In this document: piece after piece, positions 34,628-39,234 of the stretch
Numbering within the stretch: position 1 is the first letter of the stretch
Layout: the number at the start of each line of letters is the position of its first letter
IMG/VR virus record: IMGVR_UViG_3300018420_001673
Coordinates: 1-39,234 of that record
Reading direction: 5' to 3' (one strand)
Source: a virus
Taxonomy: Duplodnaviria > Caudoviricetes
Length of the DNA stretch: 39,234 nt
Position numbers and translations under genes: made by a program
Notes under the pieces: model-generated
The model's database searches: none
What the model was told of the DNA's origin: nothing
The model's input: the letters and a program-made list of their open reading frames with translations, nothing else

Positions 34628-37084
34628 ATGGCTATTGAGAAAGGATTGTATTCTGCCCCGTTGGGTATGGAGCAGGAGGTTGGGGCCGAAGCAGATCTGG
34701 AGATTGAGATTGTAGACCCAGAGATGGTGACTCTGGACGATGGCTCCGTTGAGATAACTATAATACCTGATGCCGACATGGGCGATATGGTGGCCTTTGG
34801 CGACAACCTAGCTGAAGTTCTGGATGACAGTGTGCTAAACAAGGTGTCTGACGAGCTTATCGGTGCGGTAGATGCTGATACACACAGTCGCAAAGATTGG
34901 GCGGATAGCTTCGTTAAAGGTCTTGATGTCCTTGGCTTTAAGTATGAAGAGCGCAACGAGCCGTGGGAAGGCGCGTGTGGTGTGTACTCCACAGTCCTAG
35001 CTGAAGCAGCCATACGGTTCCAAGCGGAAACTATGTCTGAGACGTTCCCTGCCGCTGGCCCTGTACGTGTAAAGATCCTTGGTGAAGAGACTAAGGACAA
35101 GGATGAAGCTGCGCAGCGCGTAAAAGCCGATATGAACTATGAACTCACCGAGCGCATGGTGGAGTACAGGCCCGAGCACGAACGCCTGTTATATAGCCTT
35201 GGCTTGGCTGGTAGTGCGTTCAAGAAGGTTTATTTTGACCCAAACATCGGTAGGCAGGTCGCACTATATATTCCAGCCGAAGATGTGGTCGTGCCATACG
35301 GTGCGTCTAATATAGAGAGTGCAGAGCGTGTTACGCACATCATGCGTAAGACCAAGAACGAGCTTAGGAAGTTACAGGCGTCTGGGTTTTACAGAGACGT
35401 AGAGCTAGGAAGCCCGCAGCCTTACCACACTGATATAGAAGAGCGTAAAGCTGAAGAGGGTGGCTATTCCATAACAGACGACGATAGGTATGCCATCTAC
35501 GAGATTCATGCCGACATTATTATAGAAGGTGTCGATGAGGATGATGAGGAGATCGCTAAGCCTTACGTCGTAACTATTGAGCGTGGGACAGGTGAGATAC
35601 TAGCCATACGCCGTAACTGGAACGAAGAAGATCCACTGATGCTCAAGCGTCAGCACTTCGTACACTACGCATACGTGCCGGGATTTGGGTTCTACGGGTT
35701 AGGTCTGATCCATATAATAGGGGGGTACGCTAAGGCGGGCACCTCCATCATACGACAGCTTGTAGACGCTGGTACGCTGTCTAACTTGCCCGGAGGTCTG
35801 AAGTCTCGCGGGTTACGCATAAAGGGCGATGACGTACCGATAGAGCCGGGAGAGTTTAAGGATGTAGATGTGCCGTCAGGCAGCATCCGTGACAACATCA
35901 TGCCGCTCCCATACAAGGAGCCAAGCCAGACCCTGCTCGCACTATTAGATAAGATTACGCAGGAAGGCCGTAGGCTGGGTGCCATTAGCGACATGAATAT
36001 TTCGGACATGTCAGCAAACGCCCCTGTGGGCACCACTCTGGCGCTCTTAGAGCGTACCTTGAAGCCGATGGCTGCGGTACAGGCGCGTGTTCACTACTCC
36101 ATGAAGCAGGAGTTTAAGCTACTCAAGGCGATCATGGCCGAGTATGCCCCTGCTGAGTATGCGTATGAGCCGATACGTGGAGAGGTAACCGCTCGCCAGA
36201 TGGACTACATGATGGTGGACGTGATCCCTGTCAGTGATCCAAATAGTTCTACGATGGCTCAGCGTGTGGTTCAGTATCAGGCAGTGTTGCAGATGTCACA
36301 GTCTGCACCTCAGATATACGACCTACCACAGCTACATCGGCAGATGATTGAAGTGTTGGGTATTAAGAACGCAGATAAGCTGGTGCCGACAGAAGACGAC
36401 GCCAAGCCTACTGATCCTATAAGTGAGAATATGGCCGCGCTGAACGGTAAGCCGCTGAAAGCGTTTATATATCAAGACCACGAAGCGCATATCGCAACGC
36501 ACACGGCGTTTATGCAAGACCCAATGATTGCTCAGATGTTAGGGCAGAACCCACAAGCGCAGCGAATCATGGCGTCTTTACAGGCGCACATCGCAGAACA
36601 CACCGGCTTCTTGTACCGCAAGCAGATGGAGGAGAAGTTAGGCGCACCGCTACCCGCACCGAATGCAGAACTGTCAGAAGAGGTAGAGTTGAATCTGGCT
36701 CGTTTGGCGGCACAGGCAGGGCAGCAGATCACACAGGCGCGTCAGCAACAACAGGCGCAACAGCAAGCGCAACAGCAAGCTCAAGATCCGCTTATACAGT
36801 TAAAGCAAGCAGAACTGCAGGTCAAGCAGCAAGAAGTGCAGCGTAAGATGCAGAAGGATCAGACCGATGCGCAGTTGCAAGCTGCTGAATTACAAAGAAA
36901 AACTAAGAAAGACCAAGCGGACGCGATGATCGACGCAGAGCAGTTGAAGATAGAACAACAAGAAATGCAGATCGACGCTAGAAAGGCTGGGGTCAAGATG
37001 GCCGCAGAACGCCGTAGAGATAACGCTAAGGCAGACTTAGACGTTATAAAAGCAATACAAGAAAATAGGGACAAGGAGAGATAG
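34628..37084 (+). CDS. Portal protein (P22-like, long Gln-rich C-terminal coiled coil)
   Basis: 818 aa downstream of terL; G.AFKKVY.D, PGFGFYGLG and PVGTT.AL motifs; helical Gln-rich tail. Confidence 0.88.
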   Translation: MAIEKGLYSAPLGMEQEVGAEADLEIEIVDPEMVTLDDGSVEITIIPDADMGDMVAFGDNLAEVLDDSVLNKVSDELIGAVDADTHSRKDWADSFVKGLDVLGFKYEERNEPWEGACGVYSTVLAEAAIRFQAETMSETFPAAGPVRVKILGEETKDKDEAAQRVKADMNYELTERMVEYRPEHERLLYSLGLAGSAFKKVYFDPNIGRQVALYIPAEDVVVPYGASNIESAERVTHIMRKTKNELRKLQASGFYRDVELGSPQPYHTDIEERKAEEGGYSITDDDRYAIYEIHADIIIEGVDEDDEEIAKPYVVTIERGTGEILAIRRNWNEEDPLMLKRQHFVHYAYVPGFGFYGLGLIHIIGGYAKAGTSIIRQLVDAGTLSNLPGGLKSRGLRIKGDDVPIEPGEFKDVDVPSGSIRDNIMPLPYKEPSQTLLALLDKITQEGRRLGAISDMNISDMSANAPVGTTLALLERTLKPMAAVQARVHYSMKQEFKLLKAIMAEYAPAEYAYEPIRGEVTARQMDYMMVDVIPVSDPNSSTMAQRVVQYQAVLQMSQSAPQIYDLPQLHRQMIEVLGIKNADKLVPTEDDAKPTDPISENMAALNGKPLKAFIYQDHEAHIATHTAFMQDPMIAQMLGQNPQAQRIMASLQAHIAEHTGFLYRKQMEEKLGAPLPAPNAELSEEVELNLARLAAQAGQQITQARQQQQAQQQAQQQAQDPLIQLKQAELQVKQQEVQRKMQKDQTDAQLQAAELQRKTKKDQADAMIDAEQLKIEQQEMQIDARKAGVKMAAERRRDNAKADLDVIKAIQENRDKER

Positions 37085-37278
37085 TGGCGAAAACCGTCTT
37101 AGACGTGCTTAAAGAAAAAATCGAAGGCGATAAGTCTTCAGCAATAGAATTTCTTACTGCAGGGGGAGCTAAAGACTTCGCCATGTATAAGGAAACCACA
37201 GGTTTGGTTCGGGGTCTCGAAACCTGTTTGCAATATATAGAAGACCTCTCGCGCAATTTGGAGTACGAAGATGAGTGA
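37084..37278 (+). CDS. Small conserved head-region protein
   Basis: AAGGAG RBS, coupled to the portal gene; DFAMYK...G.VRGL. Confidence 0.75.
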   Translation: MAKTVLDVLKEKIEGDKSSAIEFLTAGGAKDFAMYKETTGLVRGLETCLQYIEDLSRNLEYEDE

Positions 37279-37648
37279 TGTTGCACAGGCAACCGTTACT
37301 GAAGAAGAGTTTGAAGCACAATTACCTACGCCTGTGGGCTATAGGATATTGATTGCTATGCCACACGTCGAAGAGACCTTTGATGGCAGTGAACTACTTA
37401 AGTCTGTTACCACAAAGAACCACGAACAAGTCATGTCGATTATCGGGCTTGTGTTAGATATGGGCGACCAAGCCTACTCTGACGCAGACCGATTCCCAGA
37501 TGGCCCGTGGTGTAAGCAAGGGGACTACGTGATGTTCCGTGCTAATACGGGTACTAGGTTTTCAATAGATGGCAATGAGTATCGTCTAATGAATGATGAT
37601 TCTATTGAAGCTGTTGTACCAGATCCTCGTGGTATTCAAAGAGTTTAA
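37271..37648 (+). CDS. groES: GroES-like co-chaperonin
   Basis: P.GYRILI, G.V..MG, KQGDYVMF....G and YRLMNDDSI.AVV match the Cpn10 pattern. Confidence 0.82.
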   Translation: MSDVAQATVTEEEFEAQLPTPVGYRILIAMPHVEETFDGSELLKSVTTKNHEQVMSIIGLVLDMGDQAYSDADRFPDGPWCKQGDYVMFRANTGTRFSIDGNEYRLMNDDSIEAVVPDPRGIQRV

Positions 37649-37658
37649 GGAGTAGATC

Positions 37659-38678
37659 ATGCCGTTTCAAAAAGTAGAGTACGAGTTCCCTGAAGATGGT
37701 AGTGTCGAAACCACTGATATAGAAGTGGAGAGTTCCGATGCAATGGAAATCGACTTGTCAGGAAAAAAGACCGCCGACGACTATGCAGATACTTCTAACA
37801 AATCTGAAGTGGAGACTGCAGCGGCGGAAGAAGATATTGAGATCGAAGTTGTCGATGATACCCCGAAAGCTGATAGGAACCGTAAGCCTTCTGAGCCACC
37901 AAGTGATGTTACAGATGAAGAGTTGGAGGAGTACTCTAAGAAGGTACAGAACCGACTCAAGCATTTTAGCAAGAGCTACCATGATGAGCGACGGGCGAAA
38001 GAGGCAGCAGAACGAGAGCGACAAGAGCTAGAGCGGCTAGCTCAACGTCTTGTTGACGAGAACAGGGAGCTAAAGGGTACTGTAAATAAGAACCAAGAGA
38101 TCTTATTAGAGCAGGCCAAGAAAAACACAGAGGCTGAACTAGCGGCTGCTAAGCAGGCGTATGCTGAAGCCTACGAAGCAGGGGACGCAGATCGTGTCGT
38201 AGACGCACAAGAAGCGTTAACCACTGCGAAAATACGCTCTGATAAGTTAGATAACTTTGAAGTGGAGCCTTTACAAGAAGAAGAAACTCCGGTACAAGTC
38301 ACTCCAGAACCCCTTGATGAACGGGCTGCGGAATGGGTAAAAGACAATCCTTGGTTTACACAAGACGTAGGTATGAGGCAAGTTGCCTTAACCGTTCACG
38401 ACAGGTTAATAAAATCCGGGGTTAGCCCCAAATCGGATGAATACTACGAGACAATTGATGCTCGTATGCGAAAAGTATTTCCCGAGGAGTTTGAAGACTC
38501 CGTGGATCTTGAGGAGGGAAAACCGAAACGTCAGTCTAATGTGGTTGCACCCGCTACGCGGAGCACAGGCCCTAAGAAGGTCACACTAAACGCAACCCAA
38601 ATAGCATTAACTAAACGTCTAGGTATAACTCCCCAAGAATACGCCAAACAAATGGCTGCATTAGAACGAGGAAATTGA
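37659..38678 (+). CDS. Probable capsid scaffolding protein
   Basis: Acidic coiled coil, W...NPWF and C-terminal LGIT..EYAK; located between portal and head genes. Confidence 0.7.
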   Translation: MPFQKVEYEFPEDGSVETTDIEVESSDAMEIDLSGKKTADDYADTSNKSEVETAAAEEDIEIEVVDDTPKADRNRKPSEPPSDVTDEELEEYSKKVQNRLKHFSKSYHDERRAKEAAERERQELERLAQRLVDENRELKGTVNKNQEILLEQAKKNTEAELAAAKQAYAEAYEAGDADRVVDAQEALTTAKIRSDKLDNFEVEPLQEEETPVQVTPEPLDERAAEWVKDNPWFTQDVGMRQVALTVHDRLIKSGVSPKSDEYYETIDARMRKVFPEEFEDSVDLEEGKPKRQSNVVAPATRSTGPKKVTLNATQIALTKRLGITPQEYAKQMAALERGN

Positions 38679-38680
38679 TA

Positions 38681-39127
38681 ATGGCTGAGAATAGGATCAA
38701 GAGAGACAACGACACCCGCGAAACTAAGTCTCGTAAGAGACATTGGGTTAAGCCGGACGTTCTGCCCAGTATTGAGGTGGAAGCTGGCTATGAGACACGT
38801 TGGGTACGTATTTCTACTCTTGGAGTAACAGACGCCAGCAACGTCTCCTCAAAACTACGTGAAGGTTGGGAGCCTGTAAAAGCAGAAGACTACCCAGAGA
38901 TACTGTCTGATAACAATGAAAGGTTTGAAGGCAACATAACTCAGGGCGGGCTACTTCTTTGTAAAGCTCCAGAAGAAATGGTTAAGGAGCGTAATGAGTA
39001 TTACGAACACCAAACCAAATCACAGATGCAATCTGTAGACAACAACCTCATGCGCGAAAACGACCCTCGTATGCCTTTATTCAACGAGCGCACCACAAAA
39101 GTTACCAGCTTTGGTAAAGGTAATTAA
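38681..39127 (+). CDS. Conserved head-region hypothetical protein
   Basis: GAGG RBS before ATG 38681; RWVR, REGWEPV and GGLLLCK motifs. Confidence 0.75.
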   Translation: MAENRIKRDNDTRETKSRKRHWVKPDVLPSIEVEAGYETRWVRISTLGVTDASNVSSKLREGWEPVKAEDYPEILSDNNERFEGNITQGGLLLCKAPEEMVKERNEYYEHQTKSQMQSVDNNLMRENDPRMPLFNERTTKVTSFGKGN

Positions 39128-39151
39128 ATTTTTTGTTAAGAGGTTAACATC

Positions 39152-39234
39152 ATGGCTTATCCAACAGTCGATGCCCCCTATGGGCTAAAGCCGGTAAAGC
39201 TGCTTAGTGGTGTTCCATACGTAGGTACTACTCG
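39152..39234 (+). CDS. 3'-truncated head structural protein (decoration or capsid-associated)
   Basis: GAGG RBS; MAYPTVDAPYGLKPVKLL... is open to the window end. Confidence 0.6.
   Translation, partial: MAYPTVDAPYGLKPVKLLSGVPYVGTT

Noticed and set aside
1-39234. tRNA genes, reverse transcriptase/DGR, introns/inteins, stop-codon recoding
   Set aside because: No cloverleaf, RT motifs or interrupted core genes were seen by eye. Long ORFs tile the genome in the standard code, and TAG, TGA and TAA are all used as stops.

Overview
This window is most of a circularly permuted genome of a tailed dsDNA phage with podovirus-like organisation. No host genes, integrase or phage RNA polymerase are visible. 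On the left (+ strand) is the end of the virion operon: a 5'-truncated low-complexity protein, three internal-virion/ejection-type proteins and a 2036-aa polyvalent protein. In the centre (- strand) is a long early/replication operon. It encodes small early genes, a conserved-protein/AAA+ ATPase/HExxH-vWA triad, VRR-NUC, PolA, a Cas4-like exonuclease, an HNH-like protein, an SNF2 helicase, an HTH protein, two SSB-like proteins and a DUF927 primase-helicase. A perfect sigma70 promoter next to an iteron-rich candidate origin drives this operon. On the right (+ strand) are terS, terL, an HExxH protein, portal, a GroES-like co-chaperonin, scaffold and the start of the head genes. The most unusual signal is non-coding. 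The early operon carries a manA-like RNA and two copies of an unassigned pseudoknot motif with compensatory base changes, one overlapping the manA-like RNA and one abutting the helicase RBS. A third structured leader precedes the primase, and a palindromic operator occurs twice. Other notable points are a short GG motif shared by four late proteins and a possible overprinted gene inside the polyvalent protein. All family names come from motif recognition by eye, not from database searches.
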